Below are positions 1 to 13,704 of a stretch of DNA of 64,000 nucleotides, piece after piece. Position 1 is the first letter of the stretch, and each line of letters opens with the position of its first letter. The notes under the pieces were generated by a model. The model was not told the origin of the DNA and did not search any database. It worked only from the letters and a program-made list of their open reading frames with translations. Made by a program: the position numbers and the translations under genes. Source of the stretch: Mobula hypostoma (lineage: Eukaryota); NCBI RefSeq assembly GCF_963921235.1, contig NC_086108.1, positions 82,338,001 through 82,402,000 of the forward strand, written 5' to 3'.

Positions 1-555
1 TAGCAGCAGCAGTTCAATGCAATACATAATAGAGAAGAAGAAAAAATAATGGGTGGCTGTCTCTCGGGGTCCGAGGAAGACTAAACGTCGTGCAGTCATC
101 TGTGGATACGCATGTGGCTTTGTAGGCTGAAGCACACATGTGGTTGCAGGTTGGACATGGAATGGCGGTTGTAATTATGTATAATTACACTATACATATA
201 TCGACTAGATTAAAAGTCATGCAAGAACAGAAAATAAAATATATATTAAAAAAAGTGAGGTAGTGTTCACGGGTTCAATGTCCCTATGGGAATTGGATGG
301 CAGAGGGGAAGACGCTGTTCCTGAATCGCTGAGTGTGTAACAGTGAGAAAAGGACATGCCCTGGGTTCTGGGGGTCCTTAATAATGGACACTGCCTTTCT
401 GAGATGCCACTCCTTGAAGATGTCCTGGATACATTGTAGGCTAGTACCCAAGATGGTGACGACTATATTTACAACCCTCTGCAGCTTCTTTTGGTCCTGT
501 GCAGAAGCCACCCCCCCACCCCCCCCCCATACCAGACAGTGATGCAATCTGCTAT
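1..555 (-). mobile_element. Rex1/Babar-type LINE 3' fragment (UQCRH intron)
   Basis: Minus ORF 284-547 contains KKLQRVV...KAVSIIKDPQNPGHVLFSLL, the typical Rex1 RT C-terminus. Confidence 0.75.
51..170 (-). mobile_element. Short RTE-like LINE 3' end inserted in the Rex1 tail
   Basis: Reverse strand reads PCPTCNHMCAS..SHMRIHR* (C2H2-like terminus, with a frameshift), followed by a short 3' UTR. Confidence 0.4.
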
Positions 556-706
556 CCAGCTATCCATGCATACAAGAAAGATTGTCATGTCTTTTGCAAG
601 TATCTCACACTCAAATTGAGTGTAAAATCCAATGATTAAATAGGGAAATATGCTTGTATGCTGTTAACATGTATTTGGTTTACTTAAAATATTTGATTTT
701 TCTTAG

Positions 707-868
707 GATCCCATAATAAACATCAGGGAGCAATGCGAGCAGCTTGAAAAGTGTGTGCAACTGCGGTCACGCCTGGACACATGCACAGATCGAGTGAACT
801 CTAGATCACAAACAACAGAGACGTGCACAGAGGAGCTTTTTGATTTCCTGCATGCCCGTGACCACTGT
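707..868 (+). CDS. UQCRH: UQCRH (cytochrome b-c1 complex hinge subunit), penultimate coding exon
   Basis: ttttcttag|GAT...TGT|gtaagt, 162 nt, phase 0/0. Translates [54 protein letters not shown], the hinge-protein Cys pattern with the [15 protein letters not shown] motif. Upstream exons lie outside the window. Confidence 0.96.
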
Positions 869-1574
869 GTAAGTACTTCTTCATCATTCTGAGAGGGAAA
901 TAAATACTTGCATTGTCATCTTGTCCTTTAGGGAGGAGTTCTAATTTACTCATTAGGTGTTGCTCATCCTCTTGTGTTTTTGATATAGTGTCCTGGTAAC
1001 ACAGTTCTGATGTTACCACTTGAAGTATTATTTAGTACTGTCTTCATAAATAAATACCTGAATACATTTTGGAATTCATCAAAGAAAAGTTGTTTTATTG
1101 AACCAGTTACTATAAACACCTGACTTTTGATGCTTGTTAACATCCACTGCTTACGTTGGAGGACTAAATAGGACTAAATACTAATTTTAGAGATTAGAAC
1201 TGAACATTTGAGAAATTAAGTGGTCTAAATAAATTTTAAATACTATCATCATTTGTTTTCTAGTTCTGGTATTAAGTTTCCTACAATAGAAAGGGTGATA
1301 ATTTGTCACGTGTCGGTTCTTGAAAGCCTTGTCCAGGTTGTCTAACTAGGTTGCCTTTTTCCCTTAATTGAACAATTATTTCTGTTGAAGTCTATTTTTA
1401 AAGATCAAGATAGGAAATGTACTTTGTTATTTGCTCTCCTTGTCAGTTTGAAAGCCATAAATCCACCTGGCAATAGGATGCCCTTCTTAGAGGCATTTCC
1501 TAAATAGTTCATTGAATTTTCATATGACAGCACAATAAAGAGGCTGGAAATAAAAATTAATTCTTTTCTTCCAG

Positions 1575-1607
1575 GTGGCTGAGCAGATCTTCAGTAGGTT
1601 GAAGTGA
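1575..1607 (+). CDS. UQCRH: UQCRH last coding exon
   Basis: Pyrimidine tract ttcttttcttccag, then GTG GCT GAG CAG ATC TTC AGT AGG TTG AAG TGA = VAEQIFSRLK*. This matches the hinge C-terminus (human VAHKLFNNLK). Confidence 0.93.
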   Translation: MAEQIFSRLK

Positions 1608-1749
1608 AGTCCAATTCTGGAAGAAAAGTACTCGAATTCCATGTCCAATTCTGAAGAAGGTATATGACACATGAATCTTCGTGGTCCACTGCACAATGAT
1701 TCGGGTATTACTGTGTCTGTAACTGAGTTTGGTGCCAGCAATTGTCATT

Positions 1750-1755
1750 AATAAA
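1750..1755 (+). terminator. Probable UQCRH polyadenylation signal
   Basis: AATAAA about 140 nt after the stop codon, followed by a T-rich stretch. Confidence 0.6.
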
Positions 1756-3277
1756 TTTATTGAACTTAAACACCTGTAATTTGCTTTTTATTTCATACAG
1801 ACTGCTTACAGTTGAATGGATAGTCCCTTTGCAAGTAGATTTTTTATTTCTGTCCTTTTAAGTGTCAATTTAGGCAAATTCAGGATATACATTCGGACTA
1901 TGACTATCTTGTATCTTGACTGTCTTCTCTACATTCTGTTTTTAACATGAAAATTATTTAGATTTACAATTCACAAAACCATTTTATCCACGCAAGTTAA
2001 ACAAGTTCTGGGTAAATTGTAAGATGTAGATCAAACATGATCCAGAAGCTGTTGCCAATCGTGTCTTTTCTGAAGCTGCAACAGTTGTCACTTGACGTTT
2101 CTGAAGGGCGTACTGAAAAACTGCTGAAGGTGCTTGTCCAGCCAATATTATTTGGTAAACAACAGGAACTTTGATGTAATATTATTTGGTATCTGCCCTA
2201 AGTTTTACAGCGTTTAAATTGGCCCCAGTGACAATTTTCTTGATTTCATCTTCAAGACACAGATTTGAATCCTGCCCCGTATCTTGATTACATATTGTAG
2301 GCTGTTATCTTGTGCTTCCTTGTGTCGTGATTTCGAAGAGATTGGATTGAACTTTCCTGAGCTGAAGGATACTGTACTTTTGCACCCTCTAAATTACTTC
2401 AGGATAGTGTGAAATGTGCTACTACACTTGCAAAGTCTTTACAGTATAAAGTCTGAATTGTTGGAAGTAGTTGGCTAGATGAGACTTAAAGCAGGCCATC
2501 CTTTATTTCCAACCCCAACATATTCTAAATTCAGAGCTGTACCAAATGAAATTTCTGAATCAAATGGAAGACAATTAAAAAAAACCTATTAAAACTATAG
2601 TGATGTATTCACAAATGCATTAAAACACAGCATACGCATCCAAATAGGTATGGTCATTATTTATTTATAGCATAGCATTTTTAAACATGGCAAATCTTTT
2701 AAAATGACAGCATTTCTGTTTGCAACAAAGCAACCACATTGAATCTTGTCCAATAAGGTAGTATAAATGTACAAGAACAGATTGTCCCTATTTAAAACTA
2801 TTTCATGCTACTCCTTTTGTACAAAGGCAAATAACTTAGTATACACATTTAATGGTCAACATCTGTACAGTTGCTATAAGTAACTGGTTTATGGAGTTAT
2901 CTTGATTGGCCTACAGAATGTATTAAATTAACTCATGGAAACATGCATTTCTGCTTTGTCAAACTTTCTTTGAGCACTATTGGATTCAGGTGGGACAAAA
3001 CTTCATGTTCAACTGGCTGATCATCCAGATTTGGTTCATCTTAGACGTGGATCATTTGATCTATATGATCATTTTGGTTAAAATTAGTAATTTAAAAACC
3101 AAAACATACCTTGGTTTGACAATCCCTTACAAAGGTTCCTGTCTTGAACCGTATGATTCATTAGGTAGTGTTAAGCTTCTTTGAGTTCTTGGTTTGAAAC
3201 AATTATTTCTAATAAATGTGATAATGACATTTTCAGCTGTTGTCTAGGTGAGGTGTGGGAATCCATGAACCCATTAG

Positions 3278-5882
3278 AACAGAGAACATAGAATAGTACA
3301 GCACATTACAGGCCCTTCGGCCCAAAATGTTGTGCCGACCCTCAAACCCTGCCTCCCATATAACCCCACCCCACCTTAAATTCCTCCATATACCTGTCTA
3401 GTAGTCTCTTAAACTTCACGAGTGTATCTGCCTCCACCGCCGACTCAGGCAGTGCATTCCACGCACCAACCACTCTCTGAGTAAAGAAAAGCGCCTTCTT
3501 CTAATATCCCCCTTGAACTTCCCACCCCTTATCTTAAAGCCATGTCCTCTTGTATTGAACAGTGGTGCCCTGGGGAAGAGGCGCTGGCTATCCACTCTAT
3601 CTATTCCTCTTATTATCTTGTACACCTGTATCATGTCTCCTCTCATCCTCCTCCTCTCCAAAGAGTAAAGCCCTAGCTCCCTTAATCTCTGATCATAAAG
3701 CATACTCCCTAAACCAGGCAGCATCCTGGTAAATCTCTGTACCCTTTCCAATGCTTCCACATCCTTCCTACAGTGAGGCGACCAGAACTGGACACAGTAC
3801 TCCAAGTGTGGCCTAGCCAGAATTTTATAGAGCTGCATCATTACCCCGCAACTCTTAAACTCTATCCTTCAACTTATGAAAGCTAACACGCCATAAGCTT
3901 TCTTAACTACCCTATCTACCTGTGAGGCAACTTTCAGGGATCTGTGGACATGTACCCCTAGATCCCTCTGCTCCTCCACTCTACCAAGTATCCTGCCATT
4001 TACTTTGTACTCTGCCTTGGAGTTTGTCCTTCCAAAGTGTACCACCTCACACTTCTCCAGGTCGAACTCCATCTGCCACTTCTCAGCCCATTTCTGCATC
4101 CTATCAATGTCTTTGCAATCTTCAAAAATCCTCTACACTATCTAAAACACCACCAATCTTTGTGTCATCTGCAAACTTGCCAACCCACCCTTCTACCCCA
4201 ACATCCAGGTCGTTAATAAAAATCACGAAAAGTAGAGGTCCCAGAACAGATCCTTGTGGGACACCACTGGTCACAATCCTCCAATCTGAATGTACTCCCT
4301 CCATCACGATCCTCTGCCTTCTGCAGGCAAGCCAATTCTGAATCCACCTGGCCAAACTTCCCTGGATCCCATGCCTTCTGACTTTCTGAATAAGCCTACC
4401 GTGTGGAACCTTGTCAAATGCCTTACTAAAATTCATATAGATCACATCCACTGCACTACCCTCATCTATATGCCTGGTCACCTCCTCAAAGAACTCTATC
4501 AGGCTTGTTAGACACGATCTACCCTTCACAAAGCTATGCTGACTGTCCCTGATCATACCACAATTCTCTAAATGCCTATAGATCCTATCTCTAGGAATCT
4601 TTTCCAACAGCTTTCCCACCACAGATATAAGGCTCACTGGTCTATAATTACCCAGACTATCCCTACTACCTTTTTTGAACAAGGGGACAACATTCGCCTC
4701 CCTCCAATCCTCCGGTACCATTCCCGTGGACAACGAGGACATAAAGATCCTAGCCAGAGGCTCAGCAATCTCTTCCCTCGCCTCATGGAGCAGCCTCAGG
4801 AATATTCTGTCAGGCCCTGGGGACTTATCCGCCCTAATGTATCTTAACAACTCCAACACCTCCTCTCCCTTAATATCAACATGCTCCAGAACATCAACCT
4901 CACTCATATTGTCCTCACCATCATCAAGTTCCCTCTCATTGGTGAATACCGAAGAGAAGTATTCATTGAGGACCTCGCTCACTTCCACAGCCTCCAGGCA
5001 CATCTTCCCACCTTTATCTCCAATTGGTCCTACCTTCACTCCTGTCATCCTTTTTTGATTCACATAATTGAAGAATGCCTTGGGGTTTTCCTTTACCCTA
5101 CTCACCAAGGCCTTCTTATCCCCCCTTTTTGCTCTTCTCAGTCCCTTCTTAAGCTCCTTTCTTGCTTCCCTATATTCCTTAATAGACCCATCTGATCCTT
5201 GCTTCCTAAACCTCATGTATGCTGCCGCCTTCTACCTGACTAGATTTTCCACCTCACTTGTCACCCGTGGTTCCTTCACCCTACCATTCTTTATCTTCCT
5301 CACCGGGACAAATTTATCCCTAACATCCCGCAAGAGATCTCTAAACATCGACCACATGTGCGTAGTACATTTCCCTGCAAAAACATCATCCCAATACACA
5401 CCCGCAAGTTCTAGCCTTATAGCCTCATAATTTGCCCTTTCCCAATTAAAACTTTTCCTGTCCTCTCTGATTCTGTCCTTTTCTATGATAATGCTGAAGG
5501 CCAGGGATCGGTGGTCACTGTCCTCCAGATGCTCACCCACTGAGAGATCTGTGACCTGACCCGGTTCATTACCTAGAACTGGATCTAGTATGGCATTCCC
5601 CCTGGTTGGCCTGTCCACATACTGTGACAGGAATCCATCCTGGTCACACTCAACAAACTCTGCCCATCTAAACCCTTGGAACTAATCAAGTGCCAATCAA
5701 TGTTAGGGAAGTTAAAGTCACCCGTGATAACAACCCTGCTATTTTTGCACCTTTCCAAAATCTGCCTCCCAATCTGCTCCTCTGTATCTCTGCTGCTGCC
5801 AGGGGGCCTATAGAATACCCCCAATAGAGTAACTGCTCCCTTCCTGTTCCTGACTTCCACCCATACTGACTCAAAAGAGGAT
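3278..5882 (-). mobile_element. CR1 LINE, 5'-truncated (endonuclease C-part, RT, 3' tail)
   Basis: Minus ORFs contain [43 protein letters not shown] and RPHLEYCVQFWSP. Frameshifted. Tail is gaacatagaa-type. Confidence 0.93.
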
Positions 5883-6109
5883 TATAACCACACCTGCAGA
5901 GGATAGCTGCTGCTCAAGGAATTTGTGCTCAGAATTGATGGGTTGGTGTTCAGGAACTAGATCCTTTATTACATCAGAAAAGGGGGAAAGTTGTTGATAC
6001 TCTGTATATACCACAAAGGCAGACATTACGTTAGGTTAAGTACTGTATAACTGGGTAGGCTGGTGGGAGAGGTGGAAGTGATTGTCTGAGACAGGTGTGG
6101 GATGTAAAT

Positions 6110-6245
6110 ATCCTCCCCCACCTTCTTGCTCTAAGTTATTTTTTCTTCCCAGTCTTGAAGGATCTCGGCCCGAAACGTCGACTGTTTACTTTTCCATAGA
6201 TGCTGCCTGGCCTGCTGAGTTTCTCTTGCATTTTGTGTGTTGATG
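6110..6245 (+). mobile_element. Penelope-like element 3' terminal fragment
   Basis: Contains the tctcggcccgaaacgtcgactg...gatgctgcctggcctgctgag terminus shared with the 41.2-42.8 kb element. Confidence 0.7.
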
Positions 6246-6337
6246 GGACGTTGACAATAGGCTTGCTTGTACCTTTCCCCTCGCAGAAGGAACAAAAAGG
6301 AACGTAAAACATGGAATGGGAGCGAAAAGATGTGTGA

Positions 6338-7640
6338 GCAACACACACAAAAATGCTGGAGGAACTGAGCAGGCTAGGCTGCGACTATGGGGAAAAAAGT
6401 ACAGTTGGGCTGAGACCCTTTGTCAGGACTGGAGAAAAAGAGATGAATAGATTTAAAAGGTGGCAGAGGAGAGAGTGAAACACAAGGTGATAGGTGAAAC
6501 TGGGAGGGGGAGGGATGAAGTAAAGAGCTAGGAAGTTGATTGGTGACTGAGATAGAGCTGGAGAAGGGGAGTCCAATAGGAGAGAACAGAAGGCCATGGA
6601 AGAAAGAAAAGGGGGGAGGAGCAGCAGAGGGAGGTGATGGGCAGGCAAGGGGAAAAGGGGATTGGGAATGGTGAAGGGGGCATTACTTGAAGTTCAAGAA
6701 GGTGATGTTCATGCCATCAGGTTGGAGGCTAACCAGACGGAATATGAGGTGTTGTTCCTCCAACCTGAGTGTGGCCTCATCGCAACAGTAGAGGAGGCCA
6801 TGGATTGACGTATTGGAAGGGGAAGGGGGGTTAAAATGGGTGACTACTGGGAGATCTCGCTTCTTCTGGCAGATTAGCGTGGGTGCTCAGCAAAGCAGTC
6901 TCCAAACTACGTTGCGCCTCACCGACATGCAGGAGGCCGCACCGGACACAATGTATGATCCCAACAGACCCACAAGTGAAGTGCCACCTCACCAGGAAGG
7001 ACTGTTTGGGGCCCTCAATGGTACTGAGGGAGGAGGTGTAGCACTAGTTCTGCTTGCAAGGATAAGTGCCGGGGAGAGATCAGTAGGGAGGAATGAGTGG
7101 ACAAGGGAGTCACGTAGGGTGCAAATCCTGTAGAAAGCAGAAGGTGGGAGGAGAGGGAAAGATGCTTGGTGGTGGGATCCATTGGAGATAGCAGAAGTTC
7201 CGGAGAATTATGTGCTGGATGTGAAGGCTGTTGGAGTGGTAGGTGAGGACACGAGGAACCCTGTCCCTGATGGGGTGAGAGCAGTTGTGCATGAAATGGA
7301 AGCTATGGCTGAGGGCAGCAAAGAAGGGAAGCCCCCTTTGAAAAAGAATGAAGTCTCCTTCGTTCTCAAATGAAAAGCCTCACCCTGAGAGCAGATGTGG
7401 CAGAAATGGAGGAATTGAGAGAAGGGGATGGCGTTTTACAAGTAATGGTGGGAAGAGGTATAGTCCAGGTAATTGTGAGAGTCCATGGGTTTATAATAGA
7501 TATTAGTAGATAAGCTGTCTCTAGAGAAAGAGACAGATGGATACAGGGGAGGGAGGTGTCGAAATGGGCCAGGTAAATTTGAGGGCAGGATGGAAGTTGG
7601 AGGCAGAGTTGAAGATGATGATGAACTTGGCATGGGTGCA
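6338..7640 (-). mobile_element. Penelope-like element (RT C-part and GIY-YIG remnant)
   Basis: Minus peptides IYYKPMDSHNYLDYTSSH and RDRVPRVLTYH are homologous to the 41.6-42.4 kb element. Confidence 0.85.
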
Positions 7641-8374
7641 TTTTGTTGTGAATCATGTTGAGGGAGATAAATAGCCTCATCATGGGAAAACGTACTATCT
7701 AAGAATTAAGGACAGAGGCTTCAGGAGACAGGAAGGAGGTTTAGAAAGGCTTTGACTGGGGGAGATTACCTTCCCCCCACCCTCCCCACAGTGAATGGAA
7801 CTGGAACAACCGACCTTAGCTGATGGAGGCAGGTATTCTCAATAATTAAGAAACATTTGGATTAGTATTTTAATCACCAAGACATAGAAGGCAATGGATC
7901 AATTATGGGTAATTATTACAGATGTGTAGCAGTACTACAGATGAGCAATGACTTGGCATGCAATGGGTGGTTGGAAGGGTGGTTTCATGTATATATTGAG
8001 CTCTAATGACAAACATACCAATGTACATCCAACTGGATTAAGAGCAAGGAAGAATGGCAATTGAAGTTAAAACCAGAACATAGTCAATGATACCATCTGA
8101 ACTGGAAAGAAAGCAGGAAAGGTGTCAAAGTAGTTAAAACAAACAGAATGCCATAATGGGTTGCAGACCAAAGTTGCCAAGGTAACTGTTACTTTAAACC
8201 ACTTGGCTACTATTATCCATTTATTCCTATTCTCTGTTATCTTAACCAACCTTCTGTCCATGCCAGTGTTTTCCTCTCAATATAATGCATTGTAATTGTA
8301 TTTAACAACTGTGGCAGGTATCAAAGATTTATTCTGCTGTAAGTATCTGGTAAACTTGAATTTCCCATTCATAA

Positions 8375-9191
8375 TGTCACGTGACTGGCAACAATGAATA
8401 TAGAATGGAGTCAGGTTTTATAAAAACAAACAAACAGTTATTAAACTCTGCTCAAATATAGTGTAATATATTTAGACGACTAACTTAACCGGAAGTTAAC
8501 TGCTATACGGCAACTCTGGAACAGTTCTTAAAAGGGTAAATGCGAAAACAGTTCTTAAAGTGGTAAATTCAAACACAGTTCTTAGAATGGTAAATTCGAA
8601 AGTCCAAGAGATTTATGCAGTCAATTAGAAGAGACTTTCCTGAAGTAAAGAATTCCTCGAAGACGTGATGTTACTGCTGATCCTAGCCGGAATCTGCCTT
8701 GTCCGCAGGATTCACAACGACGGAAATAAAACGGTTTAAAGGAACTGATCTTTTCCTCTGGAAAATAGACACTGCACAATCCTTCCTGCTTTAGCAGAGG
8801 ATATCTCAAAATGCAGGTCACTGTTTCTGGAACGAACATTCAATAAAGGTCGATCCTCTCCAAAACCGCCAAACGATATCAGCTTTACTCGACTCTGCGA
8901 GTTCCTGTACTTTAGTAAGGTCTTCACCCTACTTACAATAGAAAGTAGAACTCCACTTTAAAACAAAACTGCATCATAAGACGAATACTCAGCATAACGG
9001 AGTATCTGACGAATTAAATAACGAACTAAACTTAAAACTAACCGCGTCACCCCAGGGGTCTCCGTTTTATACCCGTGGTGAATATGTCATCACGTGATCT
9101 CACTGGCAGGAAAATTACATCATCCCACCATCACATGACCATGACCTCATGCTTGTAAGACAGTCACAAAATATCCATGAGGTATGTAACA
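8375..9191 (-). mobile_element. Solo LTR (Gypsy-like), 817 bp
   Basis: Termini TGTCAC...GTAACA. Perfect 4-bp TSD ATAA at 8371-8374 and 9192-9195. TATA-like ggtataaaac on minus near 9065. Three internal ~27-bp repeats (acagttctta...ggtaaat) at 8521-8600. Confidence 0.85.
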
Positions 9192-10547
9192 ATAAGTCCA
9201 CATTGACCGCCCAATCACATTACTATTTACTTAATGCTCTAAAACCTTCCATGTGATATTGAATTGCCTGTCAGCCCATCCCTACTAAAGTTGACCTGCT
9301 CTCATAGTTTGCTATAGTGATTGGTAGCTATATTCTCTGTGCGCTTCATTTGAATTAATACCTATAGACTTCACTGGGTAGGTTTTTCTTTTTGGAACTT
9401 CTAACAATAGTATGTAGCTCAACTTGCTAGAATCAGGGTCTGACTCATCATCAATTTACATCTAATTACTTATGGTATACAGTATATAATGTACAATTCC
9501 AGTTCCACTTTCTGAGTGAACTTTAAATACCTGAAATCTGTTATTCTTTCAAATTGTTCCTGAATTTGTAATTGTTGCTTGTCTTAGCCTAAGACTTGTA
9601 GGGTATCAAAATTTGGTCTTTTGACAATAAGGAACACTTTGCTATTGTAGACTGAAAAGACCATGACAGGCAATTATTCAATCTGGTCTTGGATATTGTT
9701 TCATTAGCTTTGACCTTGTTGTGGTTCATTGGAACTGGATCACAGTTACATCTGATATTTCAAGTTCAAGTTTATTGTCAATCAACCATACACATATATA
9801 CAGCTAAACAAAGCAATGTTCCTCAGGAACCAATGTGCAAAACACAGTGTGTGTGTACAGCACAAAATTATCTGAACACAGTATTAACAAATAAAAAGGC
9901 ATTCTTTAGATTATGTAAAGTACATATGACATAGTTAAATAACAGTGATTATTGCTACTGATGCTGTCATAAATAATGTGTATTGCATTGTTGGGTGTTC
10001 AGAGCATGGAGGAAGAAGGTGTTATCCAGTTTAACAGTCCTTGTTATACTATGGTACCTTCTGCTTGATTGTATGAGGGTACGGAGATCATGGGATGGAT
10101 AGGGGGCATCCTTGGCAATATTGAGGGCTCTGCAAACGCAGCACATCTAGTGTATGTCTTAGACTGGGGTGGGGGGGGGGGGAAACTGGCACCGCATGAG
10201 AGACCGTGAAGATTCTCTCAGCAGTCCTCACAATCCATTGAGGGTCTTGTGGTCGGATGCCTTGCAATACTCATACCAGAAGGTGATACAGCTGATCAGA
10301 ACACACTATGGTGCTTTGGTCGAAGGCAGTTAGAATGGGAGTGGGGAGCCTCGCAACCACAACCTCCTCAGGAAGTGGAGGCACTGCTGTGCTTTCTTGA
10401 CTAAAGAGGTGGTGTTTTGGGACCAGGTGAGATCGTCTGTGATGTGCCCTCCAAGAAACTTGGTGTTCCTGACTCCACAGAAGAGCCATTGATGTGCAGA
10501 AGGGTGTGGTCAGCCTATACCTTCCTGAAGTCCACAATCATCTCTTT

Positions 10548-11345
10548 AGTCATACAGAAGTACAGCACAGAAACAGGCCTTTCGGCTCATCTAGTCCATC
10601 CATGTCAAAACCATTTAAACTGCCTATCCCATTGACCTGCACCAGGGTCCTAGCCCTCCATACCCCTACCATCCATGTACCTATCCAAACTTCTAAATGT
10701 TGAAATTGAGCATGCATGCACCATTTATGTACACTAGCAGCTCATTCTGAAGAAATTTCCCCTTACGTTCCCCTGAAACTTTTCATCTTTCACCCTTAAC
10801 CCATGACCCACACAACCTCAGTGGAAACCCCTATCTATACCCTTCATAATTTTGTTTACCTCTATCAAATCTCCTCCCAATCTTCTACATTCCAATGAAT
10901 AAAGTCCTAACCTATTCAATCTTTCCTTATAATACAGGTCCTCCAGATCGGCAACATCCTTGTAAATTTTCTCTGTACTCTTTAAAACTTATTTACATTC
11001 TTCCTGTAGGTGGGTGATCAAAACTGCACACAATACTCCAAATTAAACATCACCAAAGTCTTATACAACTTCAACATAACATCTCATCTCTTGTAGTCAA
11101 TACTTTGATTTATGAAGGCCAATGTACTAAAAGCTTTCTTTACGACCCTATCTACTTGTGACACAACTTTCAATGAATTAAGGACCTGTGTTCCTAGATC
11201 TTTTTGTTCTATTGTACCCTGCAGTGCCTTACCATTCACTATGTAAGTCCTACCCTGACTGGTTCTACCACTGTGCAACACCTCACACTTGAATGCATTA
11301 AATTCCATCTGCCATTTTTCAGATCATTTTTCCAACTGGTCCAGA
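10548..11345 (-). mobile_element. CR1 3' fragment nested in Rex1
   Basis: Peptide MEFNAFKCEVLHSGRTSQGR...QVDRVVKKAF. CR1 tail agtcatacagaag at the left end. Confidence 0.85.
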
Positions 11346-12472
11346 TAACACTGTGCTTATTTGTGTGTGTGTAGAGAGAGTAGAGTAGTGGGCTAAGCAC
11401 ACATCTTTGAGGTGCACTAGTGTTGGTTATCAGCAAGGAGATGTTATTTCTGATCTGTACTGGCTGCAGTTTCCTAATGAGTAAGACAAGGATCCAGTTG
11501 TAGAGGGAGGTGCAGAGGTCTGGGGTTTGAATGCTGATTTGTAATCACTAACTAGCAGGTGGATGTTGGTATTGCTATTGTCCAGGTGGAGAGCCAGTGA
11601 GATTACATCCACATAAACCTATTGTGGCAATGGTCAAATTGCAGTGGGTTCAGGTTCTTGCTTAAGCAAGAGTTGATTCTAGCCATTATCAACCTCAACA
11701 ATCACTTCATCACAGTAGATGTGAGTGCAACTGGGTGATGTGAGGCAGCTCACATTTCTCTTCTTGGGCATTGCTATGACTATTTCCCTTTTGAAGCAGT
11801 TTGGAACCTCCAACTGCAGCGGTGAGAGAATAAAGATGTCCTTGAACACTCCTGCCGGTTGGTTGGCAGAAGTTTACAATCTCCTAAGGGTTTGACATCT
11901 TGTGAGGGTTCACCCGCTTGAAAGTTGCTTAATATTGGCCTCCTGGACAGAGATCACAAGGTTGTCAGGTGCTGCAGGGATTTGCACTGGTGTAATTTTA
12001 TTCTCCTTTTCGAAGTGTGCATAAAAGGCATTGAGTTCATCTGGGACTGAAGCATCACAGCCACTCATCATGTTAGGTTTTGCCTTGTAGGAAATATTGG
12101 TCCACAAACCCTGACAGAGCTGAAATCCATCCGATTCTGTCTCTAACTTCAATTGGAATTTTTCTTTCACTCTTAAAATAGCCTTGCCCAGGTCATACCT
12201 GCACTTCTTATATTGTGCTGGATCGCCATCAGGAGAATCTCACAGATCTAACCTTCAGCAGACTATGACTCTCCTAGTTCATTCATGGCTTTTGGTTTGG
12301 GTATGTCCAGTATGTTCTCGAAGGCACACAGGTCTTAAACTTGGTGACATCTGGCGTATTCACTCAAATTTGAAGATGAGTTCCTGAATATTGTCCAGCC
12401 CACTGGCTCAACGCAAACCTGTAAGTGCCTCTGCCTCCCTTAACCATCCCTTTTTGATCCTCAGACTGGTGC

Positions 12473-12880
12473 TGTGCAGTACCAGGAACTCCAATTAATC
12501 AGATACTAGGCCCCTGGAACCAGGAGAGAGGATGCGTCTGGGGGTAAATTTTGAGCCCTGATAACAGGGAACAAAGACTCGCACTGAGAGAATAATTGAC
12601 ATGTCTTTTAAGTGATTGATATTGTACTGACCGTGGGATAGCAAACAAAGTTATGTGAAGTTGTTTGTCTTGCTGTATAAGTATGAGCTCTGTATAACCT
12701 AGAATTCAGAGTTCTGGTGGTGGTGGAGACTGCTGCATTGTCTCCATGATATCATGTTGATAAACTCTTAAAACGAAACTTGAAGTCACTCTGATGTTCT
12801 TAGTGTTTCCACGATACACGGTAAGCGTTCCTGATGGTGGTATAACAGTGGTCAGGTGTGTTGGCTCCTCTGGTTGCACA
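12473..12880 (+). mobile_element. Solo LTR, 408 bp
   Basis: Inverted termini TGTGCA...TGCACA. Flanks GGTGC/GGTGA form a 5-bp TSD with 1 mismatch. TATA-like gtataag near 12676. Interrupts Rex1. Orientation is tentative. Confidence 0.7.
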
Positions 12881-13214
12881 GGTGATATGTTGGTTGCAGT
12901 TGTTCGGAGACTTCTTCAAGCTGGCCTGGCTGAAATGCCCCACAATGACAGGAAAGGTATTTGGGTGCACTGTCCATGACTGCTGATCAAATTGCTCAGC
13001 CGTTCCAATGCTTGCCTGATGTTGACCTCAGCTGGAATGTATTCTGCTACCAGGATGATTTTGGAAAAAAAAATGGACAACATTTGACCACTAGGTGCTA
13101 CAGGTTAGGTGAGCAGGACTGAGATAAACCACCGTATTTATGTACCACGATGAGTTAATCAAAAAGCATAGTCCACTCCTCTACCTTTAAAAGATCCAGA
13201 ACTCCTCTGCAGAG

Positions 13215-13704
13215 AATGGTGAAGCCATTGGGTTGGACCGAAAGAAGCTGCAGAAGGTTGTAAATCTAGTCAGCTCCATTTTGGGCACTAACCTACAAAG
13301 TACCCAGGACATCTTTGGGGAGTGGTGTCTCAGAAAGGCAGCGTCCTTTATTAAGGACCTCCAGCACCCAGGGCGTGCCCTTTTCTCACTGTTACCATCA
13401 GGTAGGAGATACAGAAGCCTGAAGGCACACACTCAGTGATTCAGGAACAGCTCCTTCTCTTCTGCCATCCGATTCCTAAATGGACATTGAATCTTTGGAC
13501 ACTACCTCACTGTTCTAATATACAGTTATTTCTGTTTTTGTACATTAAAAAATCTATTCAATATATGTAATTGATTTACTTATTTATTAATATTATTATT
13601 TTCTCTCTCTGCTATATTGTGTATTGCATCGAACTGCTGCTGCTAAGTAAATAAGTTTCACGTCACATGCCGGTGATAATAAACCTGATTCTGATTCTGA
13701 TTCT
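13215..13704 (+). mobile_element. Rex1/Babar LINE 3' end
   Basis: ORF DRKKLQKVV...HPGRALFSLLPSGRRYRSLK, then aataaa and a (gattct)n tail. Confidence 0.85.

Larger units (their letters stand above)
9758..13190 (-). mobile_element. Rex1/Babar-type LINE, degraded, interrupted by a CR1 (10548-11345) and a solo LTR (12473-12880)
   Basis: Tail ttcaagttcaagtttattgtc. Minus peptides APQRCVLSPLLYSLYTH, ALHLDNSNTNIHLLVSDYKSAF and DASVPDELNAFYAHFE. Confidence 0.8.

Noticed and set aside
4122..5216. 364-aa RT ORF as an active or domesticated gene
   Set aside because: It is part of a 5'-truncated CR1 with frameshifts and stops on both sides.
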